Virus record (IMG/VR): IMGVR_UViG_3300032320_001880
Span: 1-33,162 of that record
Length of the DNA stretch: 33,162 nucleotides
Reading direction: 5' to 3' (one strand)
Origin: a virus
Lineage: Duplodnaviria; Caudoviricetes
Made by a program: the position numbers and the translations under genes. Position 1 is the stretch's first letter. Each line of letters starts with the position of its first letter. Of this stretch, positions 9,688-18,630 are shown in pieces. Under the pieces are notes generated by a model. That model did not search any database. It was not told the origin of the DNA and saw only the letters and a program-made list of their open reading frames with translations.

Positions 9688-10467
9688 ATGATTAGTATCA
9701 CCGAAATCAAAGAAAAATACAAAGATCAATTAAACATCGATCTTTTGGATTTGTTAAAAAAGTATGACCCATCTGCTCAGAACAAGTCAAGCCAATTTAA
9801 ATACACTAAATGGTTGGTATCTTGCACGGATGAAATTGAAAACCTTAAAAAGTCAATTCTTGATGAGTTTACTGATTGGTTGGAAAATGATTACAAGAAA
9901 GATTGTGCAGCTTTTGATGAGTTAGTAAAAGAAGGCTTTATTAAAGGTTCTGATTCGGATATCTTTAAGTTTAAATCTGTTGAAGATTTCAATAAGGTAT
10001 TGGAAGTAGCTAAGCAACAACGTGAGTTGAAGCGTAGAGAAAAAGAGTTCCATAAGTATTTTGAAGATGAAGATTATATGATTGGAACACCTTTAACGTA
10101 TGAGGCTTCATTAACCTATGGTTCTAATACCAAATGGTGTACGGCTTCAAAAGATACGTCAAATCACTTCTATTCATACTCAAAGAATGTATTGATTTAC
10201 TTTATCTCTAAGAAAAATCATCAGAAAGAAACCTTTGGTGTTTATTTACAACCTGAAAAATTGGTTTCTGACTTCAAAAACTTAGATAGTAAAGGTAAGA
10301 AGTTTACAGACATTCAAAAACACATTGAGTTCTGGAATGTTCAAGATACCAGAACTGAAGTAAAAGATGTGGTGTTTGGTGGTAGAACAAAAGAAATGTT
10401 CATCAAAATCTATGAATCAGTTATTGAGCATATATCAAATCGTCCTGACATTAAAGGTAAGAAATAA
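9688..10467 (+). CDS. Hypothetical protein, YGxxTKWC paralogue family member 1
   Basis: PLTYEASLTYGSNTKWCTAS; DP...KYTKWL N-terminal motif. Confidence 0.8.
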   Translation: MISITEIKEKYKDQLNIDLLDLLKKYDPSAQNKSSQFKYTKWLVSCTDEIENLKKSILDEFTDWLENDYKKDCAAFDELVKEGFIKGSDSDIFKFKSVEDFNKVLEVAKQQRELKRREKEFHKYFEDEDYMIGTPLTYEASLTYGSNTKWCTASKDTSNHFYSYSKNVLIYFISKKNHQKETFGVYLQPEKLVSDFKNLDSKGKKFTDIQKHIEFWNVQDTRTEVKDVVFGGRTKEMFIKIYESVIEHISNRPDIKGKK

Positions 10468-10709
10468 TGATTGATAGTATTATTGAAAGATACCCTGATG
10501 ATAGTTTCCTTAAAGCCGATGGTTTTGATGAGGCTATCATCGGTGTTGATACTAAATCAATGAGATTGGTTTATTCTGTATCTAAATGTATTGAAATCCT
10601 TTGTAGGGATATGGATGAGGTAGATGCTATTGAATACTTTGAATACAATGTTTCAGGGGCTTATATTGGAGAAAAAACCCCTATTTGGTGTGATGATATC
10701 TTGAATTAA
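10467..10709 (+). CDS. Conserved phage hypothetical protein
   Basis: ADGFDEAIIG...EAIEYFEYNV-x-GAY-x-GE-x-TP; TAATG coupling. Confidence 0.8.
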   Translation: MIDSIIERYPDDSFLKADGFDEAIIGVDTKSMRLVYSVSKCIEILCRDMDEVDAIEYFEYNVSGAYIGEKTPIWCDDILN

Positions 10710-10736
10710 ACAAAAATTAACAATTATATATAAAAT

Positions 10737-11456
10737 ATGTCATATTTAAACACACCGCTTCCTGTTGTTGAAGCATTTATAAGAGGTAATTTCCTCAGAA
10801 ATCAAGAAGATTCTTTTGATAAAAAATTCCCGTGTTACATTTTTGGAATGTCATCCATACCCGCACAAGCACCATTATTTCATTTCATGATGGAAGATGG
10901 TGGTATTTGGTGGAGAATGCCCATACACGCTTTCTGTTGGAAAGAAGATGCACCACAACAAGAATTAGATGAACTTGTCTTATGGGACTCCTTTACTTAT
11001 CACGTAGGTGTAACAGCGTTTCCGATACTAAAAAACAAAACTTGCAAGTTTACTTCAAGAAGAAGAGTACAATATTCGGGACGTTACTTGTTCACCTTAG
11101 ATTGGGGGAGTTCAGATGATATGAGTGATACAGATTTTGGTTTAAGTGAGTTTCCTTCACAACACAAATGCGGTCATTTTATAGCGATGGATAATGGAAA
11201 CTTCGCAATCCAACCAAATAATCGTTTAATAATGCATGACCCATCTTTCACAGTTAAAGAAGAAATTGTTATTAACAGAAAATATAACACCACTCTTTGG
11301 ACCGCAGAAAGAAATGGTAGATGGGTAACACCTGACACCGATGTGTTCAATTATGACCATACAGATTTAGAATCTGGCGAATCAAATAAAGAAAGGTCTG
11401 AGGAATATGATAAATTAGACGAAAAATACAAGAATGAAAATAATATTAAAGGGTAA
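10737..11456 (+). CDS. Conserved phage hypothetical protein
   Basis: 239-aa ORF with YLFTLDW, HKCGH, NGNFAIQPNNR. Confidence 0.8.
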   Translation: MSYLNTPLPVVEAFIRGNFLRNQEDSFDKKFPCYIFGMSSIPAQAPLFHFMMEDGGIWWRMPIHAFCWKEDAPQQELDELVLWDSFTYHVGVTAFPILKNKTCKFTSRRRVQYSGRYLFTLDWGSSDDMSDTDFGLSEFPSQHKCGHFIAMDNGNFAIQPNNRLIMHDPSFTVKEEIVINRKYNTTLWTAERNGRWVTPDTDVFNYDHTDLESGESNKERSEEYDKLDEKYKNENNIKG

Positions 11457-11943
11457 TGGTTTCATTACCTTCTTTTTCTGTATATTCTACAATTGCGTAA
11501 GAAAAACTGATATTCATACTTGATGGGGTAATAACAACCTTATACATTCTACCAATAACATTAGGTTCTGACTTATATATACTTTCATCTGATGGTTGTG
11601 GTATATTCACATTTAAATATCCTGCTAACATTTCTTCCCAATCATTAACTAAATCACTATCATAATCTGTTACTTTTGATAAGATAGTTTCTACATCTGA
11701 AAATCCATAATAATTTTTACCATCAATAACAATTTTACTATAACCATTTTCAATATCTTTATCAACTATTTCATCTTCATAATCATCAATACGACCATGA
11801 TTTACTATTTCAGTTATATTAAAATGAGATAGTAATTCTTTGGTTTTTTCAGACAATTCTTTTTTAAGTTGTTCTTTTCTTTCATCAATCCTTCTTGGGA
11901 TGAATAACTTCTTTTTTTGTTCTTCTGTGATTATAATTTTCAT
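11446..11943 (-). CDS. Putative virion cargo protein with MKIIITEEQKKKLFIPRR leader
   Basis: True start probably 11943, 4 nt after upstream stop; leader shared with neighbour. Confidence 0.7.
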   Translation of the reverse strand: MKIIITEEQKKKLFIPRRIDERKEQLKKELSEKTKELLSHFNITEIVNHGRIDDYEDEIVDKDIENGYSKIVIDGKNYYGFSDVETILSKVTDYDSDLVNDWEEMLAGYLNVNIPQPSDESIYKSEPNVIGRMYKVVITPSSMNISFSYAIVEYTEKEGNETITL

Positions 11944-12331
11944 AGTATTATTTAATTGGGTAAAAAATGGTATCACCATCATCCGGTATATCAAAAGTTC
12001 CTATTTGAATATTTTTAATATCAAAACTTATTGCGATATTTTTATCTGTTTGATCATCAACAAAAAGTATTACATTACCTGTTGATTTGTTATATGATGA
12101 ACCATATACTTCACCTAATGATGGGCCTTTATGAGATAGTTTTAAAAATTGTTCTATATTGTTTTCATGTAACCATTCAAAAATAGCATCTTTTGTTATT
12201 TTACCAATAGGTGATTGTTTAATATCATCTAATCTATTATTGATTATTTCTTGATATTCTTTTTCCCTCTCATCTATTTTTCTTGGTATGAATAACTTCT
12301 TTTTTTGTTCTTCTGTGATTATAAGTTTCAT
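11882..12331 (-). repeat. Dispersed repeat of gene 5' ends (11882-11943 and 12270-12331)
   Basis: 57/62 nt identical by manual alignment; partial third copy near 16513-16551. Confidence 0.9.
11948..12331 (-). CDS. Putative virion cargo protein with MKLIITEEQKKKLFIPRK leader
   Basis: ATG 12331, 5 nt after minus-strand TATTTAT (12337-12343). Confidence 0.7.
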   Translation of the reverse strand: MKLIITEEQKKKLFIPRKIDEREKEYQEIINNRLDDIKQSPIGKITKDAIFEWLHENNIEQFLKLSHKGPSLGEVYGSSYNKSTGNVILFVDDQTDKNIAISFDIKNIQIGTFDIPDDGDTIFYPIK

Positions 12332-12354
12332 AATATATAAATATGTAAGAACAT

Positions 12355-12379
12355 AAAAAAACCCCAATTAAGGGGTTTT
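12355..12379 (-). terminator. Intrinsic terminator
   Basis: ACCCC-AATTAA-GGGGT hairpin with T-tract on minus strand. Confidence 0.75.
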
Positions 12380-12383
12380 AATT

Positions 12384-13379
12384 TTATTCTATAAAATCAT
12401 CTAAACCGATTACTTTAAAGTATTCTTTCCAATCTCTATTAAATGAAACGTCATCTGAAGAGTATATATGAGCATCTGATAAATTAGGTAAAGGATTATT
12501 TTCCTCATCTCTAACAATAACACCATTTCTATCTTTTAATGGTGGAACTAAAAATGCTACTTTATATAAGTTTCTATAACCATAGTTTTCAATATCATAA
12601 CCTCTCAATGAAGGTAATTTCAATCTTTCTTTAAATAATTCAGCTGGATCTTCTTTATCGGTTGCTGCAATATCGGCAATATCTTTACCATCTTTAACTA
12701 ATGTCCATTTTGTAGTGTATGTTTTTCTTTTTTCATTCCATACTGGTTTCCCTAAACCCATTGACTTCCATTTATCTTGGTAATGTTGTTTAATTTTATT
12801 TTTAACGCTATCATTTGTTGCACTTATAATATAAAAAGTATTGTTTTGGTTGAAGTAATAACCCATCCAATGACTAGAAGTATCCATAGCAACACACCAT
12901 CTTGTTCCTTGTCCATAATAACAAATAGCGTCGTGATTATATGGTGCAACAACTGATACACCTGGAACATCTACAATTCCTAATTCATTAAAATTATCAG
13001 AATTAGCTCTAGCTTTTTTTCTTAAAGAAGATTTATCGTCATCATTATTATTTGATTGATTTAAATTTTCAACAACATTAGCCAATTCTTCAAAAGATAA
13101 TTTATAAATATCTTTTTTATCTTGTGGAACTCTACCTAATAAAGTGTTATATTCTGTCACATAAGAAAATATTTGTGATAAAATACCCATATCTAAATCA
13201 TCTAAAGATATGTCATTAACTTTAACACCTTCATCCTTAGCTTGTTTTAGGTATTCTTTAATCATATAGAATACATATTTCTTTTGTGTTGTTGGATCTT
13301 CACTTAAAAATCTCTCAAATACTTCATTATCTATTATACCTTTAGTTAAAAAGGCTTTTTTTGTGTCATTTTTTGTCAT
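12384..13379 (-). CDS. Hypothetical protein, YGxxTRWC paralogue family member 2
   Basis: DPTTQKKYVFYM, KDIYK, PYNHDAICYYGQGTRWCVAM, YKVAFL; TATTTAT at 13384-13390. Confidence 0.8.
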   Translation of the reverse strand: MTKNDTKKAFLTKGIIDNEVFERFLSEDPTTQKKYVFYMIKEYLKQAKDEGVKVNDISLDDLDMGILSQIFSYVTEYNTLLGRVPQDKKDIYKLSFEELANVVENLNQSNNNDDDKSSLRKKARANSDNFNELGIVDVPGVSVVAPYNHDAICYYGQGTRWCVAMDTSSHWMGYYFNQNNTFYIISATNDSVKNKIKQHYQDKWKSMGLGKPVWNEKRKTYTTKWTLVKDGKDIADIAATDKEDPAELFKERLKLPSLRGYDIENYGYRNLYKVAFLVPPLKDRNGVIVRDEENNPLPNLSDAHIYSSDDVSFNRDWKEYFKVIGLDDFIE

Positions 13380-13408
13380 ACTTATAAATATATTGTTTTT
13401 TTTAATTT

Positions 13409-15241
13409 TTAACCATTTGTCTGCATTATATGGTAAGTTTCATTATCCCAATCAATAGTATCACCATCACCATTATAACCATTTAAAATTTCATAATACC
13501 CATTACTATTCACAATGTCTTTAATAACTTCATCTTCATCAATGTAACGGCTTAAATCTTCAATACCCATTTCTTCTAACCAATATAAAGGATCATTTTT
13601 AACATCATCAACCAATTCATCAATCTTTTCTTCTATTTTATTTTCATCCCAATACCCATCTGGTTCATCCTTAATAATATCAATATCATATTCAAGGTCA
13701 GTTATTAAATCATTTAGTTTATCAATACCCTTTTCAAGAGCTTTCCATTGACTACTATCCGCATCATAACTTTCTTGACGTTCAGTTGCTTTTTCAATGA
13801 AAGATTTATACTTATCAATTTTTTCTTGTATTTCTTTAATTTCTTTTTCTTGTGATTTGCTTAATAATCTATCTTCTTTTTCATCTAAATAAGCGGATGG
13901 TTCATCATACACCCATTGATTATAACTATCTCTTGCTTCTTCAGCGACAGCATCAGCATCTACAAATCTTCTAAGGTAATTCCTATTAAAATCATTAAAA
14001 CCTGTATCACGAATTATTTCTCTTTGATATTCATATGCTGCATTATCTATTTGTTCATTATCACCAACAGTCCATTCACTACCTTCATAGTCAGGATGAG
14101 CTAAAGTAAAAAAAACTGACATACCCCAATAACTATGTTCAGGTATCATATCATACACATCAACTCTATTTCTTATTTTTTCTTTTTCTTCTTCATAATC
14201 TGAGATTTGTTCAACAATCTCAGTTAAATCCCTACCTTCTGCTTCATATTGACTTTGTAATTCACTTAATCTTTCTAATTCGGAATCAATAAACTCTATT
14301 CTTTGTTCATCTTCAGGTTGTTTTTCTTCTAAACTTGTGGTGCTCAATAAATAAGTTAATAAAGCCCAAGCGTGTGCTCCTTCTGAACCATGACTAATTT
14401 CATCAGGATTCCATTCATTTTCTTCTCTTCTATTTTGAGCCTCAATTCTTTTTTGATTTATTATATTTTGGACTTCAATTCTTCTTAATCTTTCTCTTTC
14501 AACTTCTGCTTTTTGTTCATCTGAAAATATTTCAATTTCTTTTGAATAGTTATCTTTCAAATATTGATCAACAACCCCAAGCATTTCTTTTAAATAATCT
14601 GTCCCTATTATCCAACCAGAAGTGAATGGTTTATCAGGTGCATCAAAAAAGTTTCTTTCTCCATCATATTTTTGCTCTAAAGCTACTTTATAAAATCTAT
14701 CATTTGTTGGTAATTTCTTTGATAGGAAATAGAATAATTTACCTTCCCTATTATGTCTTATCCAATGACTATCACTATCTCTTGATGCTGTGCACCATCT
14801 TGAACCTTGACCATAATAACAAGATGCTTTATATTCTTTTGGATGAATAATTGTATATTCATCATCATCATAAATTATATCAGCACCTTCAACCTTTTTA
14901 ATTGTTCTTCTTTGTCTATTTTCATAATTTTTAATTGCTTCAGCTAATTCAGATATATTTTTATAACCTGTAATATCTTTAATTGGTAGATTTGAACCAA
15001 TTGTTTTAAACTTCATTAAAAGTTCTTGAGCTTGAGCTAATTCATCCGCAAAGGCAATTTCATTATTGGATACTGGTTTAGTTAATGATTTAGCTAACCA
15101 AATTAAATACTTATGTTTTGGATCTACTTCAGATGAAACTCTGATAATAGCGTCCATTTGTTCAGGGGTTGTATATTTGTCCTTGAATATATTTTTAAAG
15201 TCCTCGACTTTTCCTTCGAATAAAAATTGTAAAAATCCCAT
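13409..15241 (-). CDS. Hypothetical protein, YGxxSRWC family member 3, with acidic coiled-coil C-terminal region
   Basis: FLFE|GKVED leader, DPKHKYLIWL, KDITGY, ASCYYGQGSRWCTAS, YKVAL; TATTTAT at 15248-15254. Confidence 0.8.
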   Translation of the reverse strand: MGFLQFLFEGKVEDFKNIFKDKYTTPEQMDAIIRVSSEVDPKHKYLIWLAKSLTKPVSNNEIAFADELAQAQELLMKFKTIGSNLPIKDITGYKNISELAEAIKNYENRQRRTIKKVEGADIIYDDDEYTIIHPKEYKASCYYGQGSRWCTASRDSDSHWIRHNREGKLFYFLSKKLPTNDRFYKVALEQKYDGERNFFDAPDKPFTSGWIIGTDYLKEMLGVVDQYLKDNYSKEIEIFSDEQKAEVERERLRRIEVQNIINQKRIEAQNRREENEWNPDEISHGSEGAHAWALLTYLLSTTSLEEKQPEDEQRIEFIDSELERLSELQSQYEAEGRDLTEIVEQISDYEEEKEKIRNRVDVYDMIPEHSYWGMSVFFTLAHPDYEGSEWTVGDNEQIDNAAYEYQREIIRDTGFNDFNRNYLRRFVDADAVAEEARDSYNQWVYDEPSAYLDEKEDRLLSKSQEKEIKEIQEKIDKYKSFIEKATERQESYDADSSQWKALEKGIDKLNDLITDLEYDIDIIKDEPDGYWDENKIEEKIDELVDDVKNDPLYWLEEMGIEDLSRYIDEDEVIKDIVNSNGYYEILNGYNGDGDTIDWDNETYHIMQTNG

Positions 15242-15261
15242 ATCCTTATAAATATGTAATA

Positions 15262-16551
15262 TTAAGCATTTATTTTATTATTTTGTGATAAATATGACAA
15301 AAACATATTGGATTCTCGACCTCTTCTTTTTTCTAAACCTGGAAATGTATCAGGGTCTATTTTAGTTTGTTTAATAATTTCACCAGCTGTTTTATAATCA
15401 CCATTTTTAAGGTGTTTAACCATATCAGTTTGTCTTAAACCTGAAACTCCTATATTGAAAGCCAATGATACAAGAGCATCAAACATATCTTGTGTTACTT
15501 TAAAGTTTTTATCTTGTTTTTTCCAATCACTAAACATTCTTCTAACCCCATCGGCTGCGGTTTTAAGATCTTGTTTAAGATATTGTTTTGCTTGTTCTTC
15601 TGATATTTTTTGTCCGACTTTAAGTTTTGTTTTTCCAATCGGTTCTGCGTGTCCATATCCAACTGTTATTTTACCATCACCTAATGCGTATGCTATTAGT
15701 TTTGGTTTTTCTTCATTTACAATATGGTTAAAACCTTTTTTTGATAAATGTAGTTTTGTTCCATCTTTAAACATAGAAAACTTATCTTTTTTGTCCATTA
15801 CTCTATGAACAATTTCTTTTGCTTCTTTATCTGGTGAATTATCAAATATTGATTGAATAACAGGATAAGATGTATAACCTAAAAGGGTTGAAATTGCTAT
15901 TGTAAGATATTTCTTTTTGGTTTCGTAAGGTAAGTTTTTAATTTTAGAAAGGATATTATTGATATAATCTTCAATTTTACCTTCTCTAATAAGTGTCATT
16001 TCTTCTTTTAATAAGAATGATGGGGTTTCACTTTCAGTTAATGGTAATTCTTCAACTAACTTATTATTTTTATATAAACCCTTACCCTCTAATTTTCCAT
16101 CTTTATTATAAAACTCCCATATACCTTCTCTATTATCATTTATATACGAACCAGTATTTCTTAATTGTCCATTATTATAATAAGCTTCCCATATACCATC
16201 ATTTATACCATTATCATATGCGCTACGATACATTAATTGTCCGTTCCCAAAATAATCTTCCCACATACCATCTTTTTCGTTATTTTTAAAATAACCTTTA
16301 CTCATTAATCCTCCATCATCATAGTAATATTCCCAATAACCATCTCTCTTACCATTATTATATGGACCCTTACTATCTAATTGTCCATTATCATAATATT
16401 TTTCCCAATATCCTTCTTTCTTACCATCATGCGTATATTGATTTATCTGAATACCATTTACTATGGGTTGCATCTTATTCCAATCCATCCACTTACTATT
16501 TTCACCGGATAATCTTCTTGGGACAAATAATTTCTTTTTTGTGTCGCTCAT
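15262..16551 (-). CDS. Fusion of MORN-like (YwqK-type) repeats and a C-terminal GH24 lysozyme
   Basis: About five YYxNGQL..KG.Y.NG..DG.W repeats; EE...AY..GDGKITVGYGH, TQDMFDALVSLAFNIG, PGLEKRRGRE; TATTTAT at 16558-16564. Confidence 0.85.
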   Translation of the reverse strand: MSDTKKKLFVPRRLSGENSKWMDWNKMQPIVNGIQINQYTHDGKKEGYWEKYYDNGQLDSKGPYNNGKRDGYWEYYYDDGGLMSKGYFKNNEKDGMWEDYFGNGQLMYRSAYDNGINDGIWEAYYNNGQLRNTGSYINDNREGIWEFYNKDGKLEGKGLYKNNKLVEELPLTESETPSFLLKEEMTLIREGKIEDYINNILSKIKNLPYETKKKYLTIAISTLLGYTSYPVIQSIFDNSPDKEAKEIVHRVMDKKDKFSMFKDGTKLHLSKKGFNHIVNEEKPKLIAYALGDGKITVGYGHAEPIGKTKLKVGQKISEEQAKQYLKQDLKTAADGVRRMFSDWKKQDKNFKVTQDMFDALVSLAFNIGVSGLRQTDMVKHLKNGDYKTAGEIIKQTKIDPDTFPGLEKRRGRESNMFLSYLSQNNKINA

Positions 16552-16601
16552 ATTATGATAAATATTTCCTTTTTTGGTTTTAATTTATTATACTTTATTT
16601 T

Positions 16602-16874
16602 ATGACAAAATATATGATTGAATGGTTTCCTGAGAGGAAAATTAAAAACGTTACACTTACCGCTAAAAATAATAAAAAATTATTTGCTGTGGGACTTTTA
16701 TTAGCAATTTTTTCAATTTCTATTGGTTTTTTACCTTTTTTTGGTATTGGAACAATAGGTTTTGGAACATGGTTTAACATAAGTATTAACACAATACTAT
16801 TATGTTGGTATGGTTTTATGTGTTTTAGGGTTAAAAAAAATGATATTGGGAATGGGGTCCCTCAAAAATGGTAA
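16602..16874 (+). CDS. Membrane protein
   Basis: Two hydrophobic segments. Confidence 0.6.
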   Translation: MTKYMIEWFPERKIKNVTLTAKNNKKLFAVGLLLAIFSISIGFLPFFGIGTIGFGTWFNISINTILLCWYGFMCFRVKKNDIGNGVPQKW

Positions 16875-17242
16875 AGTTTGATAGAATGATGAAACTTCCT
16901 TTAAGAATGCAAGAAAGGAACGATCCTGATGATATGGAAACATTTGGTTCAATTGATTTGGTTGACCGAGATGAAATGTTTATTTCTTTAATATGTGCTG
17001 AAAATGAAGAACATAGGGATCAACAGAATATCCTTGATACAAGAAAAGATGCTGTATTCATATTAAATGCTGTAAATAGTTTTGATGAGATGATTAAACT
17101 TATCAACAATTATAAGAGTTTATTAACAGAAACCAAAGCAAATAGTAAAGATTTAAGGGCTATAAATAAATTAATGAAATCTTTTAAAACAATTGATTAT
17201 GAAAATGGTATTCCTTATTCTTGGGATGATGATATTAAGTAA
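16868..17242 (+). CDS. Hypothetical protein
   Basis: 124-aa ORF in a coupled run; DAVFILNAVN. Confidence 0.7.
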   Translation: MVKFDRMMKLPLRMQERNDPDDMETFGSIDLVDRDEMFISLICAENEEHRDQQNILDTRKDAVFILNAVNSFDEMIKLINNYKSLLTETKANSKDLRAINKLMKSFKTIDYENGIPYSWDDDIK

Positions 17243-17399
17243 TTGTAATATCCATACAGATAAACAAACTAAAGTTATCACAGATACAACTTATGTATGT
17301 GATAGGGTAATAATAACCGATGAAGGACAATTATTGCTTTATAAAGATGGTGAAATTAAATGGATTATTAAACATAATGAATATACTATTGAACAATGA
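17199..17399 (+). CDS. Putative small lipoprotein
   Basis: MKMVFLILGMMILSN-C signal/lipobox-like N-terminus. Confidence 0.55.
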   Translation: MKMVFLILGMMILSNCNIHTDKQTKVITDTTYVCDRVIITDEGQLLLYKDGEIKWIIKHNEYTIEQ

Positions 17400-17674
17400 C
17401 AGATTTAAAAGAAATATTGAAGAATAAAACAAAGTTTGAGTTTTTTGCTACTCTGGCACAACTTATAAACTTTTCACCTATTGATATTACAGAAAACCAA
17501 GAAAAAATTACAATCTTAGGTGATAATGGTAAATTAAAAATCCTTTATAAGGAACAACAAAAGATTATTGAATATGATAAATGGGCGGATGAATTCGGCG
17601 ATTCGCTACTAAAAGATTTTAACAATAACAAAGTAAACATAAACTCACAATATAATATAGAAACAAATGGCTAA
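17396..17674 (+). CDS. Hypothetical protein
   Basis: ATGA-coupled ORF. Confidence 0.7.
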   Translation: MTDLKEILKNKTKFEFFATLAQLINFSPIDITENQEKITILGDNGKLKILYKEQQKIIEYDKWADEFGDSLLKDFNNNKVNINSQYNIETNG

Positions 17675-18623
17675 AATTGATTTAATTAGAGAAAGATTTA
17701 AAGGTAAAGTAGAACCTATTGATTTTATTGACATCGCAAATAAAATAGATGACACTAAAACAAAAAAATACATAGAACATTTAGTTAGATTTACAAGAAA
17801 TCTTTCAAAGGATTTTGAAAGTAGTATATATTCTGAAATGAATTATATTATGGATAACTTAAAAAAGTTTGATGAATTGGCTACAAATGGTATGATTGAA
17901 ACCCCTGATTTAAACAAATATAAGAAATTAAGTGAAGTTGTTAGAAGCATTAAAGAAGCAACATTAACTAAGTCAATCGGTAAAGCCAAAAAAGAAATTA
18001 AAATCCTTTATGAGGATGATAACTATATGTTATTCTTACCATTATCATATGATGCAGCTTCTGTTTATGGTAGAGGAACTAAATGGTGTGTCACTCAAAA
18101 TGAATATTTTTACAGATACTCTGATAGAGGTGTTTTAGCTTATTTCATTGAAAAAAATATAAATAGAAAAATCGGTTTGTATTATGATATGGATTTTTCA
18201 TATTACCATTCAAATAATAAAACAAATGATGAGGTAAAAAAGGGATATTTAGATGAAAGAGATGAAGAAGATTTGAGAAATGATAGTGAAATGATTGAAA
18301 TGTATGATTTTTCAAGGAAGTTTTCTTGTTGGACAAATTGGGATGTGAAAATGGAAATGATGTTTGTCCCTATTCCTTTACATATTAAAGAATTGTATAT
18401 CAATTATTGTAAAGAAAATAATGTTCAAAACGCATCTTTATTTGATGAAGTTGAAAATGGAAACTTTATTAAATATCACGAAGAATATGATAGAATTAGT
18501 CAGGAAGAACCTATGGCTGAAGCACCTATGATGGGTGAAGCTATACCTGAATATTATGCAGAACCGGCTATGGATGAAACGGCTGTGGAATATCCACCAA
18601 TTAATAATACATTTGAGGCTTAA
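17667..18623 (+). CDS. Hypothetical protein, YGxxTKWC paralogue family member 4
   Basis: DDTKTKKYIEHL, DLNKY, ILYEDDNY, PLSYDAASVYGRGTKWCVT. Confidence 0.8.
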   Translation: MAKIDLIRERFKGKVEPIDFIDIANKIDDTKTKKYIEHLVRFTRNLSKDFESSIYSEMNYIMDNLKKFDELATNGMIETPDLNKYKKLSEVVRSIKEATLTKSIGKAKKEIKILYEDDNYMLFLPLSYDAASVYGRGTKWCVTQNEYFYRYSDRGVLAYFIEKNINRKIGLYYDMDFSYYHSNNKTNDEVKKGYLDERDEEDLRNDSEMIEMYDFSRKFSCWTNWDVKMEMMFVPIPLHIKELYINYCKENNVQNASLFDEVENGNFIKYHEEYDRISQEEPMAEAPMMGEAIPEYYAEPAMDETAVEYPPINNTFEA

Positions 18624-18630
18624 TTGAATT

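Noticed and set aside
11434-11456. MKIIL-like vestigial gene start at the 11-bp convergent overlap
   Set aside because: The frame closes after 29 codons antisense to a real gene; could be chance and cannot be tested without relatives.
16055-16430. DGR template/variable repeat or CRISPR-like array
   Set aside because: Degenerate protein-level MORN repeats; no reverse transcriptase, identical repeats or spacers in the window.
16868-17399. Overlapping i-spanin/o-spanin pair
   Set aside because: The upstream ORF has no N-terminal TM or clear coiled coil; only the lipoprotein-like partner fits.
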